A stretch of 64,000 nucleotides of DNA from Octopus vulgaris (lineage: Eukaryota). Within the stretch, counting starts at the first letter, position 1. Every line of letters starts with the position of its first letter. The stretch spans positions 41,540,001 through 41,604,000 of the forward strand of contig OX597835.1 of NCBI GenBank assembly GCA_951406725.2, in the 5' to 3' direction. The notes beneath the pieces are model-generated. The model was not told the origin of the DNA and did not search any database. It saw only the letters and a program-made list of their open reading frames with translations. Of this stretch, positions 1-14,264 are shown one piece after another. The translations under genes and the position numbers were made by a program.

Positions 1-1264
1 TTTTCAAGCCTAGCCAGGCTTATGGGCCCGGTTCCCCGGTTTCTGTGGCGTATGTGTTCCACCCAGCTGGACGGGACACCAGTCCATTGCAGCGTTACTC
101 AAGAAAGAGTGAGAGAAAGCTGGGGCAAAAGAGTACAACAGGGGTTGTCACAACCCCCTGCCGGAGCCTTGTGGAGCTTTAGGTGTTTTCGCTCAATAAA
201 TATACACAATGCCCGGTCTGGGAATCGAAACTGCGATCCTCCGAACGTGAGTCCGCTGTCCTAACCACTGGGCTATTGCGCCTCCTGTACTTCATATTTA
301 AGGGAAAATTAAAATTCTACAAAATCATTTAAACCTTATTCTTTACAATATATCACCGCCAAACCTAAGAAATATAAAAAATTTAAGTTTAAAACAAAAT
401 TTCCCTCAGAACATGACAAAGGCTTATGTTACTGACACAGAACTTTTACTCAGAATTTATTTAACTAACATTTGAATTTAATCAAATAATTTAATTTTAT
501 TGATGTCAGTTATTTCAACTTGCTTTTGTTAAACATTCATTTGCAATGCAGCTTGTGTACATGGACATGTTTGTGTATATAATTTGACCAAGTGTATATT
601 TATAATGTGCATTTGTATATATTCTATTTTCAGTGAGTGTTATATATATGGTTATATATTACATGCTTGTGTATATAATATGTTGAATGTATGTACATAT
701 TTCTGTCTAATTTATTTTTTCACAGTGATATAAAATGTGCAATTCTAATTTATAATGTATGTATAATTTCATTGATTATTCAATGTATATATATATGTGT
801 ATATATATATATATATAATTTATTGAATGTTTATAACTACCATTTCAGTGTAATTGTATTTATTTTTTCCTTCGCTTTGATCTATTGATTATAAATAATA
901 ATTATTAGATGACTCATAATTTGTATCAATCAATGGCTTGTGTTAATTGACTGTAAGCAATGTATACAGTGTTTAAAGTCTTTCTTTTGTTTCATTTGTA
1001 ATCGCTACATACTAACGATAATTACACTTGAGGTGCAATTGTAAAAGACATCCTGTTTAATTCATCTGTGTTTAAGATTTGCTGATGGCAATCAGTATTT
1101 TTTTTTTTTTGTCACTGATTTTTGTATTAAAGAAAACAACAAAATAAAAATTATATAAAATTGTACAAAATTCAAATTTTGATGAATTAAAATTAATTGA
1201 TATTTTATTAAGATCTCTTCATTGTCTTGCCTTGTTTATTTTATTTCATGTTATTTTATTTTGT

Positions 1265-1620
1265 TTATTTGCTGAGTCCGGAGGAAGGGGAAGGGCCCAT
1301 GGCCCTTGCAGGTCTTCTCAGACCAGTGAGATTGATGCTGTTGAGGTTCTTTTGAAACTGTTGTAAAGGAAGACTTTCAGTGAAGACACTGGTGCAAAGG
1401 GGATTCCAGTGGGATAATGTTCTGGGGATGAACGATTGGGAATAATGGTTTGTGTGAGGGAAAGTGGAGGAGCTGGAAACACCAAGGATTATGGGAGCTG
1501 GAAGAGATAAGTAAGCTGGGCATTCCTGTGGACTGGTGCAGAGCCCAGCCTACTTTGAGAAGCAGGGGCCATTATTGTAGTAAGAGAAAAGACAGAGAAG
1601 GATGTCTTCTAAAAAGCTTA
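1265..1620 (-). mobile_element. Degraded CR1/Jockey-like LINE 3' end (related copy ~43170-43705)
   Basis: PRTLSHWNPL...SVFTESLPLQQFQKNLNSINL. Shared end sequence ttgcaggYctt...gacYRgtgaRattgatgctgttg in both copies. Confidence 0.55.
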
Positions 1621-1919
1621 CATCAACCAAATTTTATTTCTACAATCTTAGTTTGAGATTATGATAAAAGACACTTGGATAAGGTCAGTATTGAACATGG
1701 AACAGCATTTTCTTTTTTTATTTGTTTCAGTCATTTGACTGTGACCATGCTGGAGCACCACCTTTAGTCGAGCAAATCGACCCCAGAACTTATTCTCTGT
1801 AAGCCTAGTACTTATTCTATCATTCTCTCTTGCCGAACCGCTAAGTAACGGGGACGTAAACACACCAGCATCGGTTGTCAAGCTATGTTGGGGGAACAAA
1901 CACAGACACACAAACACAT

Positions 1920-1953
<34 letters not shown>

Positions 1954-3301
1954 CAATGGGCTTCTTTCAGTTTCCTTCTACCAAATCCACTCACAAGGCT
2001 TTGGTCAGCCCAAGACTATAGTAGAAGACACTTGCCCAAGGTGCCACGCAGTGGGACTGAACCTGGAACCATGTGGTTGGTAAGCAAGCTACTTACCACA
2101 CAGCCACTCCTGTGCCACACATGTAACCCACCTAGTTGGGAAGTAAACCTCTGCATTACATAGTTATGCCTGTGTTCAGTTGAGTAAGTGATAGGGTTAG
2201 ACACTTGTTTCTGTATAACGAGTTTGATTATTTATTTTTACTTTTTCCTTTGATGCATTTCAGCTTGTAGAGTTGCTATGGAAACTAAAAGCAACCTTAA
2301 CAATTTACTTTCAGTAATGTTGCTTCTGTTATTGCTTTTTTAAAAATTTATTTATTTCTATATTGAACCAATCAGATATACCTATTTCTTTACTACCTAC
2401 AAGAGACTAAACACAGAGAGGACAAACAAAGACAGACAAACGGATTAAATCGATTATATCGACCCCAGTGCGTAACTGGTACTTAATTTATCGACCCCGA
2501 AAGGATGAAAGGCAAAGTCGACCTCGGCGGAATTTGAACTCAGAACGTAACAGCTGACGAAATACTGCAAAGCATTTTGCCTGGCGTGCTAACAGTTCTG
2601 CCAGCTCACCGCCTTCAGATATAACCAATCAGATATACCTGCTATGTACTGTCAACTGTCCGTTGGGATGTTGAATAAATATATGAAACTTTCTGTTAGG
2701 GTAGCAACAAGAAGTGTTTGTTAACTATAAGACTTCTCACAGCAAACAAGAGACCAGTTCACAAAACAGAAAGACATATTTGTGAGACACTTTAACAAAT
2801 TAATTACTTATATTAGCTTTCTTTTTTGTTGTTTTATTCTTGTTATTCAAATAAACAAAAACTTCTCTAAACTGATGTCTGTTGCTTTAAACTATTTCCT
2901 TGTCCAAGATGTTTACCAAATGCATCCTGGTCTTTGAATAATTACATAGATACACTCTGTATTCTCTTCATTTATTCTTCCAACTATATCAGACATTGAA
3001 CCAGGGAAAACTTTATGTCACAGGACAATAGGCCAGTGGTTAGAGCATCAAAGCCATTTGGTAATGTAACAGCTGCAGGTTCAATCCCTGTCCTAGCTCA
3101 GGAATATCACTTGAAGATGACTTTAACTTGAAAATAAATAACATAAGAGTTATTTATAAGAGTACAGCAGTGTTCGCCACCATGCCCTGCCGGAGCCTCG
3201 TGGAGCTTTAGGCGTTTTTGCTCAATAAACACTCACAACGCTCGGTCTGGGAACCGAAACCACGAGCCCACTGCCCTAACCACTGGGCCATTGCACCTCC
3301 A

Positions 3302-3725
3302 TAGGCGCAGGAGTGGGTGTGTGGTAAGTAGCTTGTTTACCAACCACATGGTTCTGGGTTCAGTCCCACTGCATGGCACCTTGGGCAAGTGTCTTCTACT
3401 ATAGCCTTGGGCCGACCAAAGCCTTGTGAGTGGATTTGGTAGACGGAAACTGAAAGAAGCCTGTCGTATATATGTATATATATTTATATATATGCATGTG
3501 TGTGTATATGTTTGTGTGTCTGTGTTTGTCCCCCCAACATCACTTGACAACCGATGGTGGTGTGTTTATGTCCCCGTCACTTAGCAGTTTGGCAAAAAGA
3601 GACCGATAGAATAAGTACTGGGCCTACAAAGAATAAGTCCCGGGGTCGAGTTGCTCGATTAAAGGTGGTGCTCCAGCATGGCCGCAGTCAAATGACTGAA
3701 ACAAGTAAAAAGAAAAAGAAAGAAG
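3302..3725 (+). mobile_element. tRNA-derived CORE-type SINE, family A (representative copy). Other full or partial copies: ~1712-2116(-), 4021-4408(+), 6805-7200(+), 8697-9109(-), 11798-11920(+), 13704-13855(+), 14488-14866(+), 16058-16507(-), 20202-20596(+), 21874-22297(+), 23641-24033(-), 24661-25030(-), 25660-26076(-), 30361-30830(-), 31090-31490(-), 37360-37510(+), 45825-46200(+), 47462-47849(-), 49880-50100(-), 50825-51110(+)
   Basis: Consensus A box tggctgtgtgg, B box ggttcagtccc, CORE-like ccttgggcaagtgtctt, internal (TA)/(TG) tract, tail gcatggccgcagtcaaatgactgaaacaag(taaaagag)n. Confidence 0.9.
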
Positions 3726-4771
3726 AAACATAATAAGAAAAGCCTTTTCTGTCATAAGAGGCAACTATAGGTGTTGGCAACAGGACAGCTCACTGGGAAG
3801 GCCATCATTGTACCACCATGGGCTCCGGCTAGGCAAATCAATGAAGCCATGAGGCAAAGCTACATATCTGTAGCTTGTTGCCACCAGGTGAATCTATATA
3901 TGATATGGCTTGTTGCCACATCATATGTTGACCAGAATTGGGCCTCTGGACCTCATGAGGTCCTGAACAAACCAATACACTCAGTCCTATAGTATTTATT
4001 TATTTATAGCAAACAGATTGTAGGTGCAGGAGTGGCTGTGTGGTAAGTAGCTTGCTAACCAACCACATGGTTCCGGGTTCAGTCCCACTGCGTGGCATCT
4101 TGGGCAAGTGTCTTCTGCTATAGCCCTGGGCCGACCAATGCCTTGTGAGTGGATTTGGTAGACCGAAACTGAAAGAAGCCTGTCGTATATATGTATATAT
4201 ATATGTGTGTGTGTCTGTGTTTGTCCCCCTAGCATTGCTTGACAACTGATGATGGTGTGTTTACGTCCCCGTCACCTAGCAGTTCGGCAAAAGAGACCGA
4301 TAGAAAAAGTACTGGGCTTACAAAGAATAAGTCCCAGGGTCGATTTGCTCGACTAAACGTGGTGCTCCAGCATGGCCGCAGTCAAATGACTGAAACAAGT
4401 AAAAGAGATTATAATTGGGCTTCCAGACTTGTGAGGCCCCTGGGCAACTGCTTAGGTTTCCATTCTGAGAAAGACAGCACTTTCTCAGAATAGCCATCCA
4501 ACTGATTCCAACACTGAGAAATGACTAATAAATGAAAGAATTCCCTTATGTAGAGAATGTTGCTGATGCAATATTTTGGTCAGTCTTTATTCTCTTCATT
4601 TAATCTTCCAACTATACCAGACATTGAACCGGGGGAGACTTTATGTCACAGGGCAATAGGCCAGTGGTTAGAACATCAGAACCATTTGGTAGTGTAACAG
4701 CTTCTGGTTCAGGCCCTGTCCTAGCTCAGGAATATCACTTAAAGATGACTTTAACTTGAAAAAAAGGTACT

Positions 4772-5157
4772 AGGTCTGTGGGAAGACCGTTCTTACGTTA
4801 CAAGGATGTTTGCAAAAGGGACATAAAGGCCTGCAACATCAATATTAGCAATTGGGAAGCAGTTGCCAGCAACCGTGGAGATTGGCGACGTACCGTAAAA
4901 GAGGGAACACAAAGGAGTGACAGAGAGAGAGAGAGGAGGAATGGAAAGACAAGAAAAGACGTCAACAAGAAACTATGACATTACAACCAACTAGGCAAAG
5001 TCTTCGCTACATCTGTGGCACCTGCCAGAGGGAGTGTTTGTCCAGGATAGGACTACACAGCCACAGCAGGAGATGTATTAGGACATGAAATGTAAAAGCC
5101 GGACTAGATTATATTATGCGCAACTCCATTGTCTCTTGAGACAAAAAGGATGCCAAC
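4772..5157 (+). mobile_element. RTE (BovB-like) LINE C-terminal fragment, frameshifted
   Basis: GRPFLRYKDVCKRDIKACNI...WRRTVKEG, then YICGTCQRECLSRIGLHSHSRRC (C2H2-type end) and a short 3' UTR. Confidence 0.8.
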
Positions 5158-5600
5158 CATCTTGAAAAAAACAACACGATAAGAAAAACCGTTTTTAAAT
5201 ATTTATTATCTCATACCTGCTTTAATAAATTGTTTGTACATATTTTCACATATATTCTATTTAATTTTCCACTTCAATGTTGGTTTTTTTGGTATTTAAA
5301 AGAAAAATTTTATACTTTTAAATATATTGGCTGAGACTGGTATAAATTTAGATAAATTAACTGAAAATGAGGTTAAGTTTTACCTAATTAATTTCTTGTA
5401 AAAAGAAAAAAAAATCCAACATATTGTTGCTAATTATTTAACTCAGAACAAAATAAGTTGAGGTATGTCAGTACATGGAAGTCAGTCCCATTAGCATAAC
5501 ATTTTGGAGGTCAACAAACTGTTATTAATTAATCTCCTAATTACTCTGAATTTATACTTTGATGTTTATATATCAGTTTCCACGAACATAATATTATATA

Positions 5601-6112
5601 CTGTAAATCCTCAAGTATAGTCCGCCCTTGAGTATAATACGCAAAGGATTTTTTGGGGGCTGTACCTCTGAAAAACCTAAACCTTGTGTATAATACGCAC
5701 CCTTTCTCTAACTCGAGCCAAGGAGGTCTATATAACGTCCTTGGTTTGTAAAGATGTATACGGTAACGTCCTTTATTATTATTGTATATATAACATAATG
5801 CAAACGTGTAGCATTTTTGTGCATTTTGTTTGCAGAAAATAAAGCAATAACAGTAATAACGTTTAATAAATGTTGCTTACTGCAAGTTATGGATGATTCT
5901 TTTATGACTTCATTGCTTTCAGGCTTAGCTTAAGGTATTTTCACGCCCGACATCACAAAATGCGTCTGAATAAACATTGTCAGACAGCAAAGAGAGACTC
6001 GGACATTGCTTAGAAAATAATTTTCATTTTTAACTTCGTATATAGTACGCATTAGGGATTTTGACCTTTAAATTTTGGGGGAAAAATGCGGATTATACTC
6101 GAGGATTTATGG
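5601..6112. mobile_element. Tc1/mariner-superfamily (Tc2/pogo-type) MITE
   Basis: TA|ctgtaaatcctcaagtatagtccgc ... gcggattatactcgaggatttatgg|TA: about 25-bp imperfect TIRs, TA flanks, no ORF. Confidence 0.8.
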
Positions 6113-6398
6113 TATGAATATATAGGTAGGAATCAAAAACTACTAATAAGGAAAACAAAATCAATCAGTCTCCTCCCTTGGCTCATTTTCTCCCCCAGTG
6201 CCCTAATAAATTATTTCACTGTCCCTTCTTATTATTTTACTCTCAAATATTACTTCATTTATATATATAAATATCTAGAATTAATTGCAACAGAAGTAGT
6301 ATTAATGCTAAAAGATAATCTTGATCTCCAACTTATACATGTAGAGGTAGGTACGTACATATATGTATGTATATATGCATATGTTTTATTTATTAATT

Positions 6399-6748
<350 letters not shown>

Positions 6749-7520
6749 TGATCAAAATAATAAAACAAAGAAGTTCTTCAACACATCTTTAACAATATAG
6801 ACTTAGGAGTGGCTGTGTGGTAAGTAGCTTGCTTACCAACCACATGGTTCCCGGTTCAGTCCCACTGCGTGGCACCTTGGGCAAGTGTCTTCCACTATAG
6901 CCTCGGGCCGACCAAAGCCTTGTGAGTAGATTTGGTAGACGGAAACTGAAAGAAGCCCGTCGCATGTATGTTTATATATATGTATGTTTATATGCTTGTG
7001 TGTCTGTGTTTGTGCCCCCAACATCGCTTGACAATCAATGCTGGTGTGTTTACGTCCCCGTAACTTAGGGGTTCGGCAAAAGAGACCGATAGAATAAGTA
7101 CTAGGCTTACAATGAATAAGTCCTGGGGTCGATTTGCTCGACTAAAAGGCGGTGCTCCAGCATGGCCTCAGTCAAATGACTGAAACAAGTAAAAGAGTAA
7201 TTTGTTGTAATTGTTATGAATTGTGTGATGTAACGAACCATTAATGGTGTGTTAAAGAATTTCTTTTTCTTGTTATTATTTAGATTATAATTTACTCTTT
7301 AACCAAATCCTCACAATGGTGTCACCATTGTAAAACCAGGATTTTCTGCACTTGAAGAATTTTGGCATTGGTCTGGAACCTGACAGCATTGATAGCCCAG
7401 AATTCAGGTTGAGTGCTTTTCTGGAAATAACCTACAAGTACCATATATATATATATATAAAGTTTTTGGAATTAGATAAAAATCCAAGGCTGTGAAAGAA
7501 TCGAGGGTTTTATTTATATA

Positions 7521-7552
<32 letters not shown>

Positions 7553-7682
7553 ATCAGCCGAAATTACTACGATGATCCGGTTCTTGACTGAAGACTGAGG
7601 GTTTCGAATGTCCTGTCCGTGTTTATTGTGTCGTCTTCTAAGAGTTATACGTTCTTGTCCATGTTGTATTTTTCTACATACC

Positions 7683-7750
<68 letters not shown>

Positions 7751-7916
7751 TACATATATATATAAGAGAAAAAAATCTATCAGAAAGGAACTCTATCTCT
7801 CTTAAAAAAATATCTTTTGATAAGCATAACAAATCCGCAACCGGTAAAAAGAACTTTCACCTAATTAAATACACTCTCCCTTACTTAAATTATTTTGTCA
7901 GCATTTTCTTCATTTC

Positions 7917-7983
<67 letters not shown>

Positions 7984-8363
7984 TATATATACATATATAA
8001 AGTAAACAAGAAATTTAGAAATATTGATCCCATCTAACAGCTGTTTCTGCTTTCAATGTTCCACTGTATTGCCATTGAAAATTCTGAAAATATTATTTTC
8101 AGAAATTGTATTGAAAAATAATAATTGATGTTAAGTTAATTGTTGTTGATCAATATTTCTCCACTTTCTGTTTTCTTTAAATTTGATTCCTGATAAACTC
8201 ATGTTTATCTTTGTCATTGCCTGTTACCTCTGAGCATAATATGCTTGCATATGTATGCTCAGGGTTAATGTCGGTAATTATACCAGTAGTGAAATGGATA
8301 TTTTTATCCCTTAGATGATTAGTTCAACCTCTAACTCTACAAACCTTATATATATATATATAA

Positions 8364-8400
<37 letters not shown>

Positions 8401-8612
8401 TAAAGTGTGGTAAAGATGTGTTAAAATATTTCTTATTATTTGGATGGTATTTTACTCTTTGCTACACCCACACAGCACGGTTTTAGGTGAAACTAGGATT
8501 TTCTAACACCTGAAGAACTTTGGTATTAGTCTGTAATCTGGCAATGTTGATAGCCCAGAACTTGGGTTGAGTGTTTCTCTGAAAATACCCTACTAGGATT
8601 TTATATATATAC

Positions 8613-8702
<90 letters not shown>

Positions 8703-9106
8703 TCTTTTACTTGTTTCAGTCATTTGACTGTGGCTATGCCGGAGCACTGCCTTTAGTCGAGCAAATCAACCCCAGGACTTATTCTTTGTAAGCCCAGTAC
8801 TTATTCTATCAGTCTCATTTGCCGAACCATTAAGTTATGGGGATGCAAACACACCAGCATTGGTTGTCAAGCGATGTTGGGGGGACAAACACAGACACAC
8901 AAACACACAAACACACACACACACACACATATATATACAGATATACGACGGGTTTCTTTCAGTTTCCATCTACCAAATCCACTCACAAGGCTTTGGTCGG
9001 CCCGAGGCTATAGTAGAAGACACTTGCCCAAGGTGCTACACAGTGGAACTGAACCCAGAACCATGTGGTTGGTCAGCAAGCTACTTACCACACAGCCACC
9101 CCTGTG

Positions 9107-9141
<35 letters not shown>

Positions 9142-9434
9142 GGAAGACCCGCAGCTGCCCATACATACCAGCCTCCCTTCTCCACACTACCAATGTCATC
9201 CAAGGGGAAGGCAAAGGCCAATACAGCTTGGCACCTGTGACGCTGTCACTCATTTTGTACAGTTGAGTATACTGGAGCAATGTGAAATAAAATGTCTTGC
9301 TCAAGAACACAACACACAGCCCAGTCCCAGAATCATACTCACTACCTCATGATTGTGAACCGAATGCTCTAACCACTGAGTCATGCGCCTATGTATACAC
9401 ACACAAATATGTATGTATATATATATATATATAT

Positions 9435-11365
9435 CATCATCATCATCATCATCATTTAGCGTCCGTTTTCCATGCTAGCATGGGTTGGACGGTTCAACTG
9501 GGGTCTGGGGAGCCCGAAGGCTGCACCAGGCCAGTCAGATCTGGCAGTGTTTCTACAGCTGGATGCCCTTCCTAACGCCAACCACTCCGAGAGTGTAGTG
9601 GGTGATTTTATGTGCCACCGACACAGGTGCCAGACGAGGCTGGCGAACGGCCACGCTCGGATGGTGTTTTTTATGTGCCACCGACACAGGTGCCAGACGA
9701 GACTGGCAGACGGCCACGCTCGGATGGTGTTTTTATGTGCCACCGACACAGGTGCCAGATGAGGCTGGCGGACGGCCACGATCGGATGGTGTTTGTTACA
9801 TCCCCAAAGCACGGAGGCCAGTCTATGCGGTACTGGCTACGGCCACGTTCGGATGATTTTCTTGTGTGCCACCGGCACTGGTACCACAAGATACAAATTC
9901 CATTGATGTTCATCTATTTTGATTTGTTTTGATTTTCACTTGCCTCAACAGGTCTTCACAAGTGTCACAAGAAGGAAGGTATGCACAGGTGGACTGACTA
10001 CGTCCCAGGTAGGGGCCACGGGTTATGGCCTGACTAGTCTTGCCGGGTCTTCGGATGGTGTTTTTATGTGCCACCGACACAGGTGCCAGATGAGGCTGGC
10101 GAACGGCCACGATCGGATGTTGTTTGTTACGTGCCCACAGCACGGAGGCCAGTCGATGCGGTACTGGCTACGGCCACGTTCGGATGGTTTTCTTGTGTGC
10201 CATGTGCCACCGGCACTGGTACCACAAAGATACAAATTCCATTGATGTTCATCTATTTTGATTTGTTTTGATTTGATTTGATTTGATTTTCACTTGCCTC
10301 AACAGGTCTTCACAGGTCTTCACAAGTGTCACAAGAAGGAAGGAAGGTATGCACAGGTGGACTGACTACGTCCCAGGTAGGGGCCACGGGTTATGGCCTG
10401 ACTAGTCTTGCCGGGTCTTCGGTTGGTGTTTTTATGTGCCACCGACACAGGTGCCAGATGAGGCTGGCGAACGGCCACGATCGGATGGTGTTTGTTATGT
10501 GCCCACATCACAGAGGCCAGTCGATGCGGTACTGGCTACGGCCACGTTCGGATGGTTTTCTTGTGTGCCACCGGTACTGGTACCACAAAGATACAAATTC
10601 CATTGATGTTCATCTATTTTGATTTGGTTTGATTTGATTTGATTTTTTTTTTGATTTTCACTTGCCTCAACAGGTCTACACAAGTGTCACACACTTGCCT
10701 CAACAGGTCTTCACAAGTGTCATAAGAAGGAAGGTATGCACAGGTGGACTGACTACGTCGCCGGGTCTTCGGATGGTGTTTTTATGTGCCACCGACACAG
10801 GTGCCAGATGAGGCTGGCGAACGGCCACGATCAGATGGTGTTTGTTGTGCCCACAGCACGGAGGCCAGTCGATGCGGTACTGGCTACGGCCACGTTCGGA
10901 TGGTTTTCTTGTGTGCCACCGGTACTGGAACCACAAAGATACAAATTCCATTGATGTTCATCTATTTTGATTTGGTTTGATTTTCACTTGCCTCAACAGG
11001 TCTTCACAAGTGTCACACACTTGCCTCAACAGGTCTCCACAAGTGTCACACACTTGCCTCTGCCTCAACAGGTCTTCACAAAGTGTCACACACTTGCCTC
11101 TGCCTCAACAGGTCTTCACAAGTGTCATAAGAGGGAAGGTATGCACAGGTGGACTGACTACGTCGCCGGGTCTTCGGATGGTGTTTTTATGTGCCACCGA
11201 CACAGGTGCCAGACGAGGCTGGCGAACGGCCACGATCAGATGGTGTTTGTTTTTGCCCACAGCACGGAGGCCAGTCGATGCGGTACTGGCTACGGCCACG
11301 TTCGGATGGTTTTCTTGTGTGCCACCGGTACTGGAACCACAAAGATACAAATTCCATTGATGTTC

Positions 11366-11366
<1 letters not shown>
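9435..11366 (-). mobile_element. RTE LINE 3' end with about five tandem copies of a 340-405 bp 3' UTR unit
   Basis: (CAT)n tail at 9435-9455. tacaaattccattgatgttcat recurs at 9892, 10231, 10592, 10940 and 11346. Homologous to 18620-19250. Confidence 0.85.
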
Positions 11367-11414
<48 letters not shown>

Positions 11415-11722
11415 TGCAAAATTTTTGAATAAAGTTTGCAAAACCTAGCACTCTGGAGCCTACCCAGCTGTATTTATAGCCCACTGAATCACTCATCTTG
11501 CTACAGTCAAAAATTCTACTATAGTCTGTCAACACTACTACATGAAGCCTTGAAGATTTGCAGAATTCAAACTGCATGAAAGTACTAGTTCAATCAGAAT
11601 GAATATTTAACATTCTACTATTTCATTTTATTTTATTCAATTATAATATATTATCTTATAATATATCATTATAAGATTGTAAATAAAACGTGAAAATCAG
11701 ACAAGGTTGGAATTCTTTTTAT

Positions 11723-11760
<38 letters not shown>

Positions 11761-11956
11761 GTATGTATTTCAGCATTTTTTGATTATAAAATTGAGATAG
11801 GTGCAGGAGTGGCTTGTTTACCAACCACATGGTTCCAGGTTCAGTCCCACTGCATGGCACCTTGGCAAAGTGTCTGAAACATAGTCTTGTGAATAAAAGC
11901 CTTGTGAAGTGAGATTTGTATGTATATGTAATATGTACGTAAATTAGTAAGAGAGT

Positions 11957-11973
11957 GTATGTATGTATGTATG

Positions 11974-12033
<60 letters not shown>

Positions 12034-12505
12034 CATGTATATATGTATGTATATATATATGTATGTTTATATGTATGTATGTATCTATGTATGTATGTAT
12101 ATATGTATGTATGTATATAGGTATGTATGCATGCATGTATGTGTGTATGTATGTATGTATGTATGTATGTATGTATGTATGTATGTTTGTATGTATGCAT
12201 GTATGTATGTATGTATGTATGTATGTTTGTATGTATGTATGTATGTATGTATGTTTGTATGCATGTATGTATGCATGTATGTATGTATGTATGTGTGCAT
12301 GTATATATGTATGTATGTATGCATGTATGTATGTATGTATGTATATGTATGTATGCATGCATGTATGTATGTATGTATGTATGTATGTATGTATGTATGT
12401 ATGTATGTATGTATGTATGTATGTATGTATGTATGTATGTTTGTATGTATGTATGTATGTATGTATGCATGTATGTATGTATGTATGCCTGCATGCATGT
12501 ATGTA
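11957..12505. repeat. (TATG)n tetranucleotide array, about 550 bp
   Basis: Direct inspection. Confidence 0.95.
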
Positions 12506-12747
12506 TAAAGTCAACTCCCAATGATAAATATACACTACAACAACGGTACACAATAGTATAGCATACTGCCAAAGTTTCTAGTACTCCCTTAGGTTGTATA
12601 CAGTATACACCCAACAAATTATACACATTTATAGAATATTCACCCACCCCCCCACCGCCACCACCACCATTTTTACTACAGAAACTCCTCTTTGCTTTTT
12701 GGCATTTCCACTCCCTGGTAGCGAAATTATTAAGAATGGTTTCTTAT

Positions 12748-12894
12748 TTAAATGTATGGATAAGGGCCACGGTCCCTTTTGGTTTTTCTCAGTTCCCCAT
12801 ACATGGTCCTCATCATTTTTTTGGTCAGCCTGTTTATGTCTTTCGCTGTTCTGGCAGCAACATCAATGGAAGATGTGAAATCAGGATTCAAGAA
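12748..12894 (-). CDS. AKNA: AKNA-like terminal coding exon
   Basis: Long T-tract + TAG acceptor, FLNPDFTSSIDVAARTAKDINRLTKKMMRTMYGELRKTKRDRGPYPYI-stop (TAA). Resembles the AKNA C-terminal helix LxxALxxAVxAAxxVxxTTxxMxxSLSADL (recalled). Too short for the ORF track. Confidence 0.8.
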   Translation of the reverse strand, partial: FLNPDFTSSIDVAARTAKDINRLTKKMMRTMYGELRKTKRDRGPYPYI

Positions 12895-13386
12895 CTAAAA
12901 AAAAAAACAAAAAAAAATGAAAAAATTGCAAGACAGGAGGTGCAGATGAGGGCAGCTGCATCGAACTCTCTCATGCACCAAATGGCAGTTGCTAAAAAGC
13001 ATTCGTGAAGTAGAATCATGTAGCAACACCAAATGGTGGTGCCCCAGCATGACCACAGCTCGTGAGCTGAAACTAGATAAGATAAAATATAAAAAATAAA
13101 ATAATCAAACAAACACATAATATATTATAGGTGCAGACTACAGACGTGGTTATGTGGTTAAGAAGTCTGTTTCCCAACCACATGGTTCTTGGTTCAATCT
13201 TTATATGCAGCACCTTTTCTAGAACAGCCTCAGGATCAATAAATGCCTTGTGATTGACTTTCATAGACAGAAACTGAGAGGAAATTTTTTCTTTGTGTGT
13301 GTGCATGCATGTATGTATGATAGATCGTTAGCTCCTACACGCATTTTTTTTCTCTCCTTGTTTCTCTCCTTGTTTTTTTTTGTGTA

Positions 13387-13424
13387 TCTTTCTGTTGAAG
13401 AGCATAGGCTCGAAACGTAAAAGA
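13387..13424 (+). ncRNA. Minimal hammerhead motif with one core substitution (Penelope-like repeat family; relatives 17238-17273(+), ~50680-50720(-), ~53205-53245(-))
   Basis: ucuuu CUG(u)UGA a gagc-auag-gcuc GAAAC GUA^ aaaga. The 17.2 kb copy reads guuu CUGACGA a gagc-ucc-gcuc GAAA(a)GUU aaaac. Confidence 0.6.
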
Positions 13425-13637
13425 CTTTTTCTGTTTCTATTCCTGAGCGCTATACTAATACATTTGTTTGTTTGTACTCCACCTGCCTTCGTCTTTTGTT
13501 TATTTTCGTAAACTGTCCCTTTATGTATGTATGTATGTATGTATGTATGCATGTATGTATGTATGTCTGTCTGTATGCATGCATGCATGCATGTATGTAT
13601 GTATGTATGTATGTAAGTATGTATGTATGCATGCATG

Positions 13638-13679
<42 letters not shown>

Positions 13680-13850
13680 TGTGTGTGTGTGGTGTGCATG
13701 TATGGTGCAGGAGTGGCTGTGTGGTAAGTAGCTTGCTTACCAACCACATGGTTCCAGGTTCACCTTGGGCAAGTGTCTTCTACTATAGCCTCGGGCCAAC
13801 CAAAGCCTCGTGAGTGGATTTGGTAGACGGAAACTGAAAGAAGCCCATCG

Positions 13851-13901
<51 letters not shown>

Positions 13902-14004
13902 AAATACATGTATTGGTCTGTATGTATATAGCTGTCTGTATGAATATTCACCCCTTTGTATCTCAGTATTTCTCTGTATCAATACTTATCTATACGGGTT
14001 ATAT

Positions 14005-14114
<110 letters not shown>

Positions 14115-14141
14115 CACAAACACACACACAAACACACATAC

Positions 14142-14207
14142 ATATAGGTCATCTTTAAAGTACTTAAGGTGAATTCTATCTGGATTCTTGTAATTTTGCA
14201 CATGGCC
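14142..14207 (-). CDS. AKNA: AKNA-like penultimate exon candidate (66 nt, phase 0 to 0)
   Basis: ttcactttcacttttctgaatag| acceptor, GHVQNYKNPDRIHLKYFKDDLY, |GTATGT donor. A unique island between two microsatellites. Confidence 0.6.
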
Positions 14208-14228
14208 CTATTCAGAAAAGTGAAAGTG

Positions 14229-14264
<36 letters not shown>

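Noticed and set aside
1885-2163. Recurrent ORF family ...[22 protein letters not shown]...
   Set aside because: Antisense reading of SINE family A, not a gene family.
7555-7615. Hammerhead at ctgaagactgagggtttcgaatgtc
   Set aside because: GAAA is broken and no stem II pairing is visible.
9600-11366. CRISPR-like repeat/spacer array
   Set aside because: Eukaryotic context, spacers are not unique, and the sequence is homologous to the RTE 3' UTR.
11669-12647. ORFs rich in YI/HT/CV/MYVC here and throughout the window
   Set aside because: Microsatellite translations with no splice or homology support.
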